A DNA stretch of 63,877 nt, the filler included, from an uncultured bacterium (GTDB taxonomy: Bacteria > CAYJRR01), in assembly GCA_964372275.1 (NCBI GenBank). It is 5 parts of 5 records of this genome, joined end to end, with 100 filler letters (N's around TTAATTAATTAA, not from the genome) between each part and the next. Parts side by side here need not be neighbours in the genome. Positions count along the whole stretch, not along the records: positions 14,429 to 28,703 come from CAYJRR010000116.1; 4 more parts are not named here. One strand, written 5' to 3'. This document shows, piece after piece, positions 17,061-26,912 of this stretch. Both the position numbers and the translations under genes were made by a program. The notes beneath the pieces were generated by a model. The model was not told the origin of the DNA, did not search any database, and was given only the letters and a program-made list of their open reading frames with translations. Each line of letters begins with the position of its first letter. Position 1 is the first letter of the stretch.

Positions 17061-19070
17061 TCACCGGACCCAGATGACCGATACCGCCTCCGAGAACTCG
17101 CCGGTCTGCGTTCGCGTCACGCGGAACCGGACGGTCAGCGGCCCGGGTATCGAGACGTTCGCGCCGATCGACGCCGACGCCAGGACCTCGTTCGTGCAAC
17201 CGGAGTTCTCGTAGCCGGTGAGCTGGTCGCCGGTCGGTTCGATCACCCAGGTGCAACCGTGGTCGACGTCGGCGTCGTCCTCGAACCTCGGCGCCGAGGG
17301 TGAGACGTACTGGTTCGTCAGCGCCGACACCGGCCGGCCGGCGAAGGCGCGCGGTCCGGAGGTCGGCGCGCCGTAGTAGAGGGAGACCCTCCCGGTGGTG
17401 GGGTTCACCGGGTCGAACCCGTCGACGTCAGGTCCGGTCCCCGGGCTGCCGGCGATGATGTCGTCGATGCGATCGCCGTTCACGTCGAGGATCGCGAGCG
17501 AGGCGCCCAGCTCCTGGTCACGGGTGACGCTGCCGGTCTCGTCGCCGCGGAGCGTCCAGAACGGCACCGCCTCCGGCGGCCACACGCCGGCGACGCCGCG
17601 GAAGACGAAGACCGCCCCCTCCGCCGTGTTGATGACGCCGACGTCGGCGGTCGGATCGCCGATCACCAGGTCGTCGATCCCGTCGCCGTCGACATCGCCG
17701 CCGGCGGCAGCGAGCAGAAAGGCGGAGACGTCCATCTCCTCGGCCTCCCAGACGAACGTCGGTTCGTCGCCGGGTTCGCGGCTGCCGCCGTGGTAGACGG
17801 TCACCTTCGCCGGCGTCGAGGTCGTCCCGACCGCCGATGCCGCCACCGCGATCTCCCGCGCCCCGTCCGCGTCCAGATCGCCCACGCCGAAGACGGCGAT
17901 CCCGACGTGTTCGTTCGCGATCGTTCCCTGGAGCGACGCGAAGCCGGTCTCGAACGCCGATCCGTCCCCCGTCCCGAAATAGAGCCGCGCGCGTCCTCGG
18001 TCGTCGTCATCCCACGCCGGCTCGCCGACCAGGAGGTCGGGGATCGAGTCGCCGTCGACATCGCCGACCGCGGCGATCGAGTTCCCCAGTCGCGAGCCGA
18101 GCCCGTCTCCCACGTCCGACCAGACCGGTTGGTCGTCGAGCCCGTTCGGCGAGCCGGCGTAGAGGTCGATCCTCCCGCTGCCGGCCTTCGGGGCGCCGAC
18201 CGCGACGTCCGCAATCCCGTCGCCTTCGTAGACGTCGCCGATCCCGGCGATCGAGTAGCCGAGGTCCTCGCCGTCGATGATCGCGGCGATCTTCCAGTTC
18301 TCCTGCCCCTCGAAGACGGTCGGTGTCCAGAATCCGTTTCCGTGGTAGGCGAGCGCGCCGGAGATCGCGGTCGAGGCGAAAAGCGCGTCCGGAAGGCCGA
18401 GGCCGAGATCGTCGATGCCGTCGCCGTTGACGTCCCCCAGACCGGCGGCGACCCGGCCGACGTAGCTTTCCGCCTGGTATCCGTGGAAGGTGCGGATCTC
18501 GGTCAGCCCACCGGGTCGATTGGCGTAGAGCGTCGCCCAGCCGGCGTTCGCCCCGAAGCTGTTGTTCGTCGGCGCGCCGACCAGGAGATCGACGCGACCG
18601 TCCCCGTCCACGTCGCCGACGGCGGCCAGTGCCTGGCCGAAGCGCCCGTAGGTAGGGGTGGTGACGAACGGGTTCATCCACGGGAGAGGCTCCGACGGAA
18701 GGGGGACGATCCGCCCCTCGACGTGGGGGGACCGCTCGGTCTCCACGCCGTCACGCACGGCGGCGACCTGCGCGTAGTACGAGACCGCCGGGACGAGCCC
18801 CGAGCCGAAGACCGCCGGCGAGACGACGACCGGTGCCGCCATCTCCGAATCGTCTCCCTCGGGTACATCGCTCGGCCGCAGGTAGACGACGTAGCCCTCC
18901 GCCCCGTCGACCGCGGAGAAGCCGACGACGATCCCGCCGTCTCTGGCGTGCGCCCACAGCTCGCGAGGCGGACCGATCTCCGGCCGGTCGATATCGACCC
19001 TGTTGCGGCAGGCCGTCGCGATCAGGAGCGACGTGGTGACGAGGAGGGACGCGCGCACGAGTCGCCGCAT
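17061..19070 (-). CDS. FG-GAP/integrin-alpha-repeat lipoprotein (paralog)
   Basis: Lipobox ATAC; FSAVDGAEGYVVY; multiple GDVDGDG..DL.VGAP repeats; C-terminal CTW...C. Confidence 0.85.
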   Translation of the reverse strand: MRRLVRASLLVTTSLLIATACRNRVDIDRPEIGPPRELWAHARDGGIVVGFSAVDGAEGYVVYLRPSDVPEGDDSEMAAPVVVSPAVFGSGLVPAVSYYAQVAAVRDGVETERSPHVEGRIVPLPSEPLPWMNPFVTTPTYGRFGQALAAVGDVDGDGRVDLLVGAPTNNSFGANAGWATLYANRPGGLTEIRTFHGYQAESYVGRVAAGLGDVNGDGIDDLGLGLPDALFASTAISGALAYHGNGFWTPTVFEGQENWKIAAIIDGEDLGYSIAGIGDVYEGDGIADVAVGAPKAGSGRIDLYAGSPNGLDDQPVWSDVGDGLGSRLGNSIAAVGDVDGDSIPDLLVGEPAWDDDDRGRARLYFGTGDGSAFETGFASLQGTIANEHVGIAVFGVGDLDADGAREIAVAASAVGTTSTPAKVTVYHGGSREPGDEPTFVWEAEEMDVSAFLLAAAGGDVDGDGIDDLVIGDPTADVGVINTAEGAVFVFRGVAGVWPPEAVPFWTLRGDETGSVTRDQELGASLAILDVNGDRIDDIIAGSPGTGPDVDGFDPVNPTTGRVSLYYGAPTSGPRAFAGRPVSALTNQYVSPSAPRFEDDADVDHGCTWVIEPTGDQLTGYENSGCTNEVLASASIGANVSIPGPLTVRFRVTRTQTGEFSEAVSVIWVR

Positions 19071-20867
19071 CTAGAAGCTCCTCCCGACGGAGACGATCAC
19101 CAGGTGCCGGAACTGGGTCTGGACCACGTCGACCACCGGATCGGTCGTCGGCGCAGAGGGGGCTCCGGTGAAGAACAGCTTCCACAACGCCGCTCCGTAT
19201 TCGGCCTTCAGGCGCCACTTCCCGCGCACCGTCGTCTCCAACGAGCCGCCGAGCGCGGCGGTGCTGCCGTTCTCGAACTCGCCGGAGGTCCCTTCGGGCG
19301 TCTCGGTGACGTGCTGCTGCCCGACACACGCCTCCAGTCCGAGGATCAGCGGCGCGCCGCCGACCGAGCCGACCGGGACATGGGTTTCGCCGCGGAGTTG
19401 AATCCCGCCCGAGTTGTAGGACGGGACGAGTCCCAGATCCCCGACCGAGTCGCGGAGGTCGTCGGCGGAGTACTTCTCGAACTGCATCCCAACGAGCACC
19501 GCCCAGCTCGGCGCGATCGGACCGCGCGTCGGGATCGTCTTCCGGTAGCCGAGGGCGATCCGCGTCGTGACGGCCGACCCGCCGCCGACCGTCCCCGATC
19601 CTCCGTCGGGCTCCACCACCTCGATCGACGTGATGCCGAAGCTCAAGGCCGTGACCTCGAGCCGTGCCGAGAACCAACGGTGGTCGAGCCCGACGGCGGC
19701 GCGACTCCCGATCCCCGCCAGCGCCGTCTTGAGGGCCTTCCCACCGTCCCCCTGAACGCTGCGGAGGCGCGCCGAGGTGGCGGGGCCGGCGTCGGCGGTC
19801 ACCCGCCAGTGCGGCAGGTAGTCCTTGCGCCGGGTCCACGCGCGGGCCGTCGACTCGACCCAGGAGACGAGCTCCGCGTCGGTGACCCGTCCCGACCGTT
19901 CGACGGCGCCATCGCGCAACGCGCTGGCGTACGCCGCATCGGACCCCGCGGCATCGACCACCACCACCGCGTCGACGCCGAGCGTGGCCCGGAGCGCCTC
20001 GAGCTTCGCCTTCTCGGCGGCGGCGGCGAGCTCCCCGCGAACCAGCCCCCGAAGCTCGGCCACCCGCGCGTCGCCGAGATGGAGCGCCATCGGCGCCTTC
20101 AGCTCGAGGTCGCGCGTCGACTCGAACGAGAGGGTCACGGTGCGGAAGTTCGGCGCCGTGACCTTGAGCGCGTGGCGACCGGGCGGAAGGCGGAAGCGCG
20201 GCTCGACCACCCGGCCGTCGACGCGGACTTCGGCCCCGGCGGGCAGATCGAGTACCGAGATCTGGATCGACTGCGACACGACCGAGTCCCGGATCTGGTC
20301 GACCAGATCGCGCAGGTCCGGCGGATACTCCGCCACGTCGATCGAGAGCGTGGGGTTGAGCACCAACGCCTCCTTCGCCTTGGCGATGGCGAGGGGGGCG
20401 TTGCCCCGCGCGAGGAAGATCGTCGCGCGGAGCAGCGCAAGCCGGATCCGGTCGGCGGCCGGGACCTCCGGCATCCCGCTCTGCAGCGTCTCGAGCTCGG
20501 AGAGGGCGGCCAACGCCTCGTCCTGGCGGTCGTCGTAGTAGGCGTCGACCGCGCGGGTGAGGAGCGCCGCGCTCTCGGTCGCCGCCTTGTCCGGCGGCGC
20601 AAGGCCGGTCGGTTCCGGGCTCGCGAGCGAGGCGGCCACCTTCTCGATCGGATGTCGATGGAGGTCGGGGACCGTTGCGAGGCGCTGCTCGATCCGCTGC
20701 TGCACCGAACCGGCGACCGCGGCGTCATCGCCGACCACCACCGTGGCGACGACGACGTCCCCGGCCCGCGGCTGCGTCGGAGGCTGGGCGGTCGATGCGG
20801 CGAACGTCGCGCGGGCGGCGAACGCCGCCACGGCGACGACCAGGAGGATCGGTCGACCTCTCGTCAC
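19071..20867 (-). CDS. Secreted TPR-like + PEGA + predicted outer-membrane beta-barrel protein
   Basis: Signal peptide, helical segment, PAGAEVRVDG PEGA, amphipathic strands ending in VGRSF (C-terminal Phe). Start codon uncertain. Confidence 0.65.
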   Translation of the reverse strand: MTRGRPILLVVAVAAFAARATFAASTAQPPTQPRAGDVVVATVVVGDDAAVAGSVQQRIEQRLATVPDLHRHPIEKVAASLASPEPTGLAPPDKAATESAALLTRAVDAYYDDRQDEALAALSELETLQSGMPEVPAADRIRLALLRATIFLARGNAPLAIAKAKEALVLNPTLSIDVAEYPPDLRDLVDQIRDSVVSQSIQISVLDLPAGAEVRVDGRVVEPRFRLPPGRHALKVTAPNFRTVTLSFESTRDLELKAPMALHLGDARVAELRGLVRGELAAAAEKAKLEALRATLGVDAVVVVDAAGSDAAYASALRDGAVERSGRVTDAELVSWVESTARAWTRRKDYLPHWRVTADAGPATSARLRSVQGDGGKALKTALAGIGSRAAVGLDHRWFSARLEVTALSFGITSIEVVEPDGGSGTVGGGSAVTTRIALGYRKTIPTRGPIAPSWAVLVGMQFEKYSADDLRDSVGDLGLVPSYNSGGIQLRGETHVPVGSVGGAPLILGLEACVGQQHVTETPEGTSGEFENGSTAALGGSLETTVRGKWRLKAEYGAALWKLFFTGAPSAPTTDPVVDVVQTQFRHLVIVSVGRSF

Positions 20868-20911
20868 GGCGGCGAGTATACCCCCGGGAAGCAATGCCGG
20901 TGCGCGGCAAC

Positions 20912-21493
20912 TCAGAAACGGATGACGAGCGATGGAACGGCTGGGCGGGGCGAAGCGCGGGTCGGTCCGACGTGGAGCGATGCCGGCGCCGACGGCAGGG
21001 CGGCCCACCCGTCGAAACCGCCCGAGTCGAGGTGCCAGCCGGCGTAGGCCGACAGCGTCGGCAGGAACAGGCCGGCGAGGAATCGCAGCAGCGCGTCGTT
21101 GTAGCTCTCGTCCGGGGGTCCGCCGAAGTAGAACGCCGCCGCCGAGGCAGCGCCGAGGACTCCGCCGATCGCCGCGTTCCGCCGACTACCGGGATGGAAT
21201 CGATCGCACACCGCCCAGATCGACCACGTCGAGCCGATCGCCATCCCGATGCCGGCGCCGATCGCCACCGGCGTCACGTCGACCGCCTCCCCACCTCCGG
21301 TGCAGCAGGCGTCGGCGACGAGGTAGGCCGATCCGCCGAGCAGGAATCCGCCGAGCAGCGTCGCCTCCGGGCCGATCAGAACCGCCGTGGCGAACTCGCG
21401 CTGTTCCGGCGCCGGCCCCCGCTCCGGCAACAGCTGCGCGCGCGCCGGCGCCGCCCCGAGCAGCGCCAGCAGGGTGAAGATGCGACGGCGCAT
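20912..21493 (-). CDS. Hypothetical exported/membrane protein with Gly-rich hydrophobic helices
   Basis: Signal peptide MRRRIFTLLALLGAAPARA, Gly-zipper-like segments, C-terminal IRF. Confidence 0.55.
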   Translation of the reverse strand: MRRRIFTLLALLGAAPARAQLLPERGPAPEQREFATAVLIGPEATLLGGFLLGGSAYLVADACCTGGGEAVDVTPVAIGAGIGMAIGSTWSIWAVCDRFHPGSRRNAAIGGVLGAASAAAFYFGGPPDESYNDALLRFLAGLFLPTLSAYAGWHLDSGGFDGWAALPSAPASLHVGPTRASPRPAVPSLVIRF

Positions 21494-21540
21494 GGCGAAG
21501 GGACGATACCCGTGATACAAAAAAATGGGATGAGAAAGGG

Positions 21541-22326
21541 ATGAGGTCGTACGACTTCGCTCTCCGAATCGGTACCCTCGCCCTTCTTGCGGTGTCCGGG
21601 TGCGATACGGCCCCGATCCCGACGAGCTTCAACCTGTCGGTGAAGGCGCGCGTCCCCGGCGAAGCCGATCCCCCGGTCGCCGACGCGCAGGTGGCGATCG
21701 ACGTCTGGAACCTGGAGACGGGGACCCTGGAGTCCGGCGATCCGAAGGGGGGCCAGACCGACGACGAGGGGAACGTCGACCTGGAGCTCGCCGACGGAAC
21801 GTTCTACGTGGCGCGCGCGCTCAAGGACGGTGCGAACCTCGATCGCGGAGAGTTCTATTTCGAGCTGGGGAACGGCGACACCGGCGACGACCTGTCGGCG
21901 CTTTCGATCCTGCTGTTCCGCAATGACGGCTCCAGCAACAGCGAGTGCAACACCGCCTTCGACGTGCCCACCGCGGCCGTCAGCGACTCGAGCTTCGGCG
22001 GCGCCTTCCTCCGCGTCTACAAGCGGGCCGGCCCGTTCGTCGCCGACGACACGTTGACCGTGACCCTCTTCGCGGGCAAGGGGGAGACCGTCGCCGCCGG
22101 CGCCGACCTCGCGACCGCGGAGACGGCCGACGGGACGGCGAACTACCTCGACGTCTACGACGGCGGCGTCGACGACGAGAGCGAGATCGGCCACTACAAG
22201 GCCTCGCTCTGGGCGAACAACGGCGATGGCGATCGGTCGCTCTACACGGTGACGCTCAACGACGCATCGGCCGTGATCGCGATCGATCCCTGCACGAGAG
22301 ACACGAGCCCGACGATCGCCCTCTAG
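21541..22326 (+). CDS. Acidic beta-rich lipoprotein, hypothetical (prealbumin/FN3-like domains)
   Basis: Lipobox VSGC; TDDEG...L..GT.YV carboxypeptidase-regulatory-like motif. Confidence 0.6.
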   Translation: MRSYDFALRIGTLALLAVSGCDTAPIPTSFNLSVKARVPGEADPPVADAQVAIDVWNLETGTLESGDPKGGQTDDEGNVDLELADGTFYVARALKDGANLDRGEFYFELGNGDTGDDLSALSILLFRNDGSSNSECNTAFDVPTAAVSDSSFGGAFLRVYKRAGPFVADDTLTVTLFAGKGETVAAGADLATAETADGTANYLDVYDGGVDDESEIGHYKASLWANNGDGDRSLYTVTLNDASAVIAIDPCTRDTSPTIAL

Positions 22327-22331
22327 AACGA

Positions 22332-23678
22332 ATGCGCCCGTTCCGTCGACTCCTGGCACGACTCGCCGCAGCCGTGGCGCCGGCCCTCGCCGTGGCGGCG
22401 CCCGCGGCGAAGGCGGACGCCCCGCTCGAGCTCGGACTCCCCGCGCCGCGCAAGGTCGTCCTCGCCAACGGGTTGCGGGTGATCCTGATGGAGGACCGGT
22501 CGGCGCCGGTCGTCGCGGTCCAGGTCTGGTACCACGTCGGGAGCAAGGACGAGGTCGTCGGGAAGCGGGGCCTGGCGCACCTGTTCGAACACCTCATGTT
22601 TCGAGGCACGGCGAAACACGGACCGGGAGAGTTCGACCGGCGGCTGGACGAGGTCGGCGGGGAGAACAACGCCTTCACCTCGGAGGACGTGACCGCCTAC
22701 CACGAGACGCTGCCGGCGGAGCACCTTCCGCTCGCGCTGGCCCTCGAGGCCGACCGCATGCGCGGACTCACGCTGCGCCCCGAGATCGTCGACCGCGAGC
22801 GGGAGGTGGTGAAGGAGGAAAAGCGCCTCCGGCTGGACAACGACCCGATGGGCCGGACCTTTGAGGCGTTCCTCGAGAGCGCCTTCGAGACCCATCCCTA
22901 CCGATGGACGCCGGCGGGGACGATCGAGGACCTCGACACCGTGACGACGGAGGAGGCGAAGGCGTTCTACGACCGCTACTACCGCCCGAACAACGCGGTG
23001 CTGGTGGTGGTCGGCGCGTTCGATCCCGACCGCGCGCTGGAGACGATCGAGCGGGCGTTCGGACCGATCCCGCCGGGACCGAAGGTCGAACGGAAGATCG
23101 CGCCGGAGCCGGCGCAGCGCGGCCTGCGCGAAAAGACGGTGCGACTGGCGACGCAGCTGCCGGTGATGATCGGCGGCTACAAGATCCCGGCGATCTCGCA
23201 CCCCGACCTTCCCGCGCTGGAGGTGCTCGGGCGGGTGCTCTCGGTGGGGCAGTCGTCGCGCATGCACCGGAACCTGGTGAAGGGGAAGCGCCTCGCCGTC
23301 TTCGCCGGCGGCGACGCCGACGCGCGCGAGGATCCCGGGCTGTTCCTGGTCTACGCCGGATTCCTCCCCGACCAGAAGCCGGAGGCCGTTCGCGGCGCGC
23401 TGCTGGCGGAGGTGGAGCGCGTCGCGTCGGGGGGGATCGACGCGCGGGAGCTGACGAAGGCGAAGAACCAGCTCGCCGCCGAGCACGTCTTCGGCCTCGA
23501 CACCGCCGAGGGGAAGGCCGACGAGCTCGGCGAAGCGGAGCTCCTCCTCGGCGGCTACGAACGCTTTCTCGACGGCCCCAAGCGCTACGACGCCGTCACC
23601 GCCGCCGCCGTCCGCGACGCCGCCAGGCGCTACCTCCGCCGCGAGAATCTCACCCTGGTCACCCTCCTCCCCGAGTGA
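22332..23678 (+). CDS. M16 family zinc peptidase, catalytic subunit
   Basis: LANGLRV, VGSKDE, GLAHLFEHLMF (HxxEH), NAFTS, YYRPNNA. Confidence 0.93.
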   Translation: MRPFRRLLARLAAAVAPALAVAAPAAKADAPLELGLPAPRKVVLANGLRVILMEDRSAPVVAVQVWYHVGSKDEVVGKRGLAHLFEHLMFRGTAKHGPGEFDRRLDEVGGENNAFTSEDVTAYHETLPAEHLPLALALEADRMRGLTLRPEIVDREREVVKEEKRLRLDNDPMGRTFEAFLESAFETHPYRWTPAGTIEDLDTVTTEEAKAFYDRYYRPNNAVLVVVGAFDPDRALETIERAFGPIPPGPKVERKIAPEPAQRGLREKTVRLATQLPVMIGGYKIPAISHPDLPALEVLGRVLSVGQSSRMHRNLVKGKRLAVFAGGDADAREDPGLFLVYAGFLPDQKPEAVRGALLAEVERVASGGIDARELTKAKNQLAAEHVFGLDTAEGKADELGEAELLLGGYERFLDGPKRYDAVTAAAVRDAARRYLRRENLTLVTLLPE

Positions 23679-23680
23679 CG

Positions 23681-25153
23681 ATGCGCGCGACCGGCCTCGT
23701 CCTATTGTCTGCGATCGCGGCGTGCATCCCGGCGGCGCGCGCGCCGGCCTCCCCGGTGACGGTCGCCTCGATCGAGGCGGACGCCCACGCCCCCACTCCC
23801 GTCCCCGAGCCGAACCGCCTCCCCCCGATCGTCGAAGAGACCCTCCCGAACGGACTCCGCGTCCTGATCCTCCCGGATCACGAGATCCCGGCGGTGACGA
23901 TGACCCTGCTCTGGGCGGCCGGCGACGAAGTCGACACGCCGGAGAAGGCGGGACTGGCGACCCTTGCCGCGGCGCTGCTTCGCCAAGGGACGCGCTCCCG
24001 GACGGCGGAGGCGATCGCCGAGGAGATCGACCGTGTGGGGGGCGACCTGTCGGGCGAGTCGGCGATCGACACCACGCGGCTGACGCTGACGGTGCTCTCG
24101 CGCGACGTGGCGAAAGGGCTCGATCTGCTTTCCGACGTGGCGATCCGGCCCGTCTTTCCGGTCCGCGAGTTGGAGGATCTCCGCCGCCAGGCGGTGGCCC
24201 AGGTGAAGCAGGAGCTCGACGATCCGTCGAGCCTCGCCGCCAAACACGGGCGCGCGCTCCTGTTCGGAAAGGATCACCCCTACGCCGTCTCCGCCACCGA
24301 GCGCTCGCTCCGGTCGATCCGCCGTGAGGACCTTCTCCTCCACTACCGGACCCACCTCCGTCCCGACAACGCCTACCTGGCGATCGCCGGAGACGTCGAC
24401 CCCGCGGCGTTGGCCGGTCCCGTCCGCCTCGCGTTCGGCGCCTGGGCGAGCCCGTCCCCCCGCGGCGGTCCGGCCGCCCCGACCCGCACCGAGGCGGCGC
24501 CCGATCCGGTCGCGCGCCGGATCGTGCGCCTGGTCGACAAGCCCGACCTGACGCAGTCGACGATCCGGATCTCGATGCCGGGGATCGAGCGGAGCTCGTC
24601 CGACTACCACGCGGCGAGGCTGATGAACTTCGTCCTCGGAGGCGGCTCGTTCTCCAGCCGCCTCGTGCGCGTCGTGCGCGCCGACGAAGGGAAGACCTAC
24701 GGCATCGGCTCCGGCTTTCGTGTCCACCGGCGGAAGGGGGAGATGGCGATCTCGACCACGACGCGCTCGGCGGAGACGGTGGCGACGCTCGACCTGGTGC
24801 TGCGCGAGATCGACCGGATGCGCCGCGCGGGGTCGGGCGTGACGCCCGCGGAGCTCCGCCTGGCCCAATCGAACCTGATCGGCTCCTATCCGATGCAGTT
24901 CGAGACGGCGGCGGACGTCGTCGGCAAGCTGCTTTCCGCCCGGGTCTTCGGACTGCCGCTGGAGGAGGTGACGGAGCAGAGGCGCCTTCTCGCGGCGGTG
25001 ACGTTGGAGGAGGTCGACGCCGCGGCGAAGCGCTACCTCGATCCCGACCGGGCGACGATCGTGGTGGTGGGGAACGCCTCCGCGATTCGGGCTCCGCTCG
25101 AATCGCGCTTCGGCGAGATCGAGGTGGTCCACTACCTGGAGGCGGGCGAATAG
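23681..25153 (+). CDS. M16 family peptidase, non-catalytic partner subunit
   Basis: LPNGLRV, GLATLAAALL (HxxEH absent), LGGGSFSSRL...R...G.TYG. Confidence 0.9.
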   Translation: MRATGLVLLSAIAACIPAARAPASPVTVASIEADAHAPTPVPEPNRLPPIVEETLPNGLRVLILPDHEIPAVTMTLLWAAGDEVDTPEKAGLATLAAALLRQGTRSRTAEAIAEEIDRVGGDLSGESAIDTTRLTLTVLSRDVAKGLDLLSDVAIRPVFPVRELEDLRRQAVAQVKQELDDPSSLAAKHGRALLFGKDHPYAVSATERSLRSIRREDLLLHYRTHLRPDNAYLAIAGDVDPAALAGPVRLAFGAWASPSPRGGPAAPTRTEAAPDPVARRIVRLVDKPDLTQSTIRISMPGIERSSSDYHAARLMNFVLGGGSFSSRLVRVVRADEGKTYGIGSGFRVHRRKGEMAISTTTRSAETVATLDLVLREIDRMRRAGSGVTPAELRLAQSNLIGSYPMQFETAADVVGKLLSARVFGLPLEEVTEQRRLLAAVTLEEVDAAAKRYLDPDRATIVVVGNASAIRAPLESRFGEIEVVHYLEAGE

Positions 25154-25795
25154 ATGCCGAGGGGACGGTTCATCACCTTCGAGGGGATCGAAGGGTGCGG
25201 AAAGTCGACGCAGGCCCTGGGTCTCAAGGCGGCGCTCGAGAAGGCGGGACGCACGGTCGTCCTCACCCGGGAACCGGGAGGAACGCCGCTGGGAGCGAAG
25301 ATGCGCGCCCTTCTGCTCGACGCCGCGAACGGACGGCTCGTGCCGCTCGCCGAGCTCCTCCTCTACGAGGCCGACCGCGCGCAACACGTCGACGAGGTGA
25401 TCCGCCCGGCGCTCGAGGCCGGGACGATCGTCCTCTGCGACCGCTTCGCCGACGCCTCGACCGCCTACCAGGGGGCGGCCCGCGGCGTGCCGACGGCGAC
25501 GGTCGAGGCGCTGAACCGGATCGCGACCGGCGGGCTGGTCCCCGACCTGACGATCCTCCTCGACATGCCGGCCGAGCGCGCCCTTGAGCGGGCGCACGCG
25601 CGCGCGGCGGCGCAGGGGGAACGGCCCGACCGGTTCGAGCGCGAATCGCCGGAGTTCCACCGCGCGGTGCGCGCGCGCTACCTCGAGCTGGCGGCGAGCC
25701 ACCCCGGCCGCTTCGCGCGCATCGCCGCCGACCGTACCCCCGACGAGGTGGCGCGCGACGTCCTGGACGTGGTGAGCTCGCGGCTCGAAAGGTAA
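25154..25795 (+). CDS. tmk: Thymidylate kinase
   Basis: FITFEGIEGCGKST, TREPGGT, LCDRF, AYQG, PDLT, DRFE. Confidence 0.97.
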   Translation: MPRGRFITFEGIEGCGKSTQALGLKAALEKAGRTVVLTREPGGTPLGAKMRALLLDAANGRLVPLAELLLYEADRAQHVDEVIRPALEAGTIVLCDRFADASTAYQGAARGVPTATVEALNRIATGGLVPDLTILLDMPAERALERAHARAAAQGERPDRFERESPEFHRAVRARYLELAASHPGRFARIAADRTPDEVARDVLDVVSSRLER

Positions 25796-25808
25796 AAGAC
25801 CCTCTCCG

Positions 25809-26912
25809 ATGGCCCGACCAAACGCCGCCCCCGCCCGTCGCGCATTGTTCCGGCTCGCCGACCTCGAGGGGCAGGACCCGGCGAAAGCGACGATCCAGTC
25901 GGCGCTGAAGGCGGGCCGGATCCCGAGCGCCTGGCTGTTCACCGGTCCGACCGGCGTCGGCCGGGCCGGCAGCGCCCTGGCGGTCGCGGCGGCGGCGAAC
26001 TGTCTCGCCGGCGTCGACGCGGGGGGCGGCCTGTTCGGCGCGGAGCCGCCGGTCGAGGCCACGCCGCGCGAGGACGCGTGCGGCGCGTGTCCGTCGTGCC
26101 GCAAGGTGGCCCAAGGGAACCATCCCGACGTGCGCGTGGTGTGCGTCCCGGAGGAGAAGCGGCAGATCCCGATCGAGGCGGTCCGGGAGGCGATCGGCGA
26201 GCTCGCCTTCCGCCCCTACGAGGGACGGCGCCGCTTCGTGATCGTCGACGGCGCCGAGCACCTCACGCCGCAGGCGTCGAACGCGCTGCTCAAATCGCTC
26301 GAAGAGCCACCGTCCCACTCCGGCTGGATCCTGATCGCGGAAGCCCCGAGCCGCCTGCTGCCGACGGTCGTCAGCCGCTGCCGGGTGGTGCGCTTCGGCG
26401 CGATCCCGGCGGAGGTCGCCGCGCGCGTCCTGGCGCGCCAGACGTCGATCCCGGCCGACGAGGCGCGTGTGCGGGCGGCGCTCCTCGGCGGTTCGATCGG
26501 ACGCGCGCTCGGGGAGGAGTCGGCGCGCTACGCGCGCGAATCGCGCGCCGCCGCGATCGACGGCGCCCTGGAGGCGGTACGCGGCGGCGGCGGGAAGATC
26601 GTCGACGTCGCCGAGGAGTGGGTTCAGGCCGCCAAGAGCGAGGAGCTCCCGGTCGAGACGTTGATCGAGCACCTCGCCGGCTGGCTCCGCGATGTCGCCG
26701 TGCGCCGCGCGACGCCCGGCGAGCGGGACCTCCCGCTCCTCAATTCCGATCTCGCCGACCGGGTCGAGGCGCTCTCCGCCAAGGCCGATCCGCGCCGGAT
26801 CGCGCGCGCGTTCGACGCCGTCCGCCGCTGCGCGCGGGACCTCGAGGGGAACGTCAACGAGAAGCTCGCGCTGGAGACGATGCTGCTCGCCCTGCGAAGG
26901 GAGCTCGCGTGA
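25809..26912 (+). CDS. holB: DNA polymerase III delta' subunit
   Basis: WLFTGPTGVG, CGACPSC, HPDV, NALLKSLEEP, LLPTVVSRC; directly downstream of tmk. Confidence 0.93.
   Translation: MARPNAAPARRALFRLADLEGQDPAKATIQSALKAGRIPSAWLFTGPTGVGRAGSALAVAAAANCLAGVDAGGGLFGAEPPVEATPREDACGACPSCRKVAQGNHPDVRVVCVPEEKRQIPIEAVREAIGELAFRPYEGRRRFVIVDGAEHLTPQASNALLKSLEEPPSHSGWILIAEAPSRLLPTVVSRCRVVRFGAIPAEVAARVLARQTSIPADEARVRAALLGGSIGRALGEESARYARESRAAAIDGALEAVRGGGGKIVDVAEEWVQAAKSEELPVETLIEHLAGWLRDVAVRRATPGERDLPLLNSDLADRVEALSAKADPRRIARAFDAVRRCARDLEGNVNEKLALETMLLALRRELA

Noticed and set aside
17790..21047. Very long alternative-frame ORFs (for example 17790-21047 +, 51879-54998 -, 23702-26104 -, 10468-12882 -)
   Set aside because: Arg/Pro/Gly-rich shadow ORFs overlapping well-supported genes; expected in high-GC DNA.
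23681..25153. M16 peptidase lacking HxxEH as a pseudogene
   Set aside because: A non-catalytic partner subunit is the normal arrangement for bacterial M16B heterodimers.
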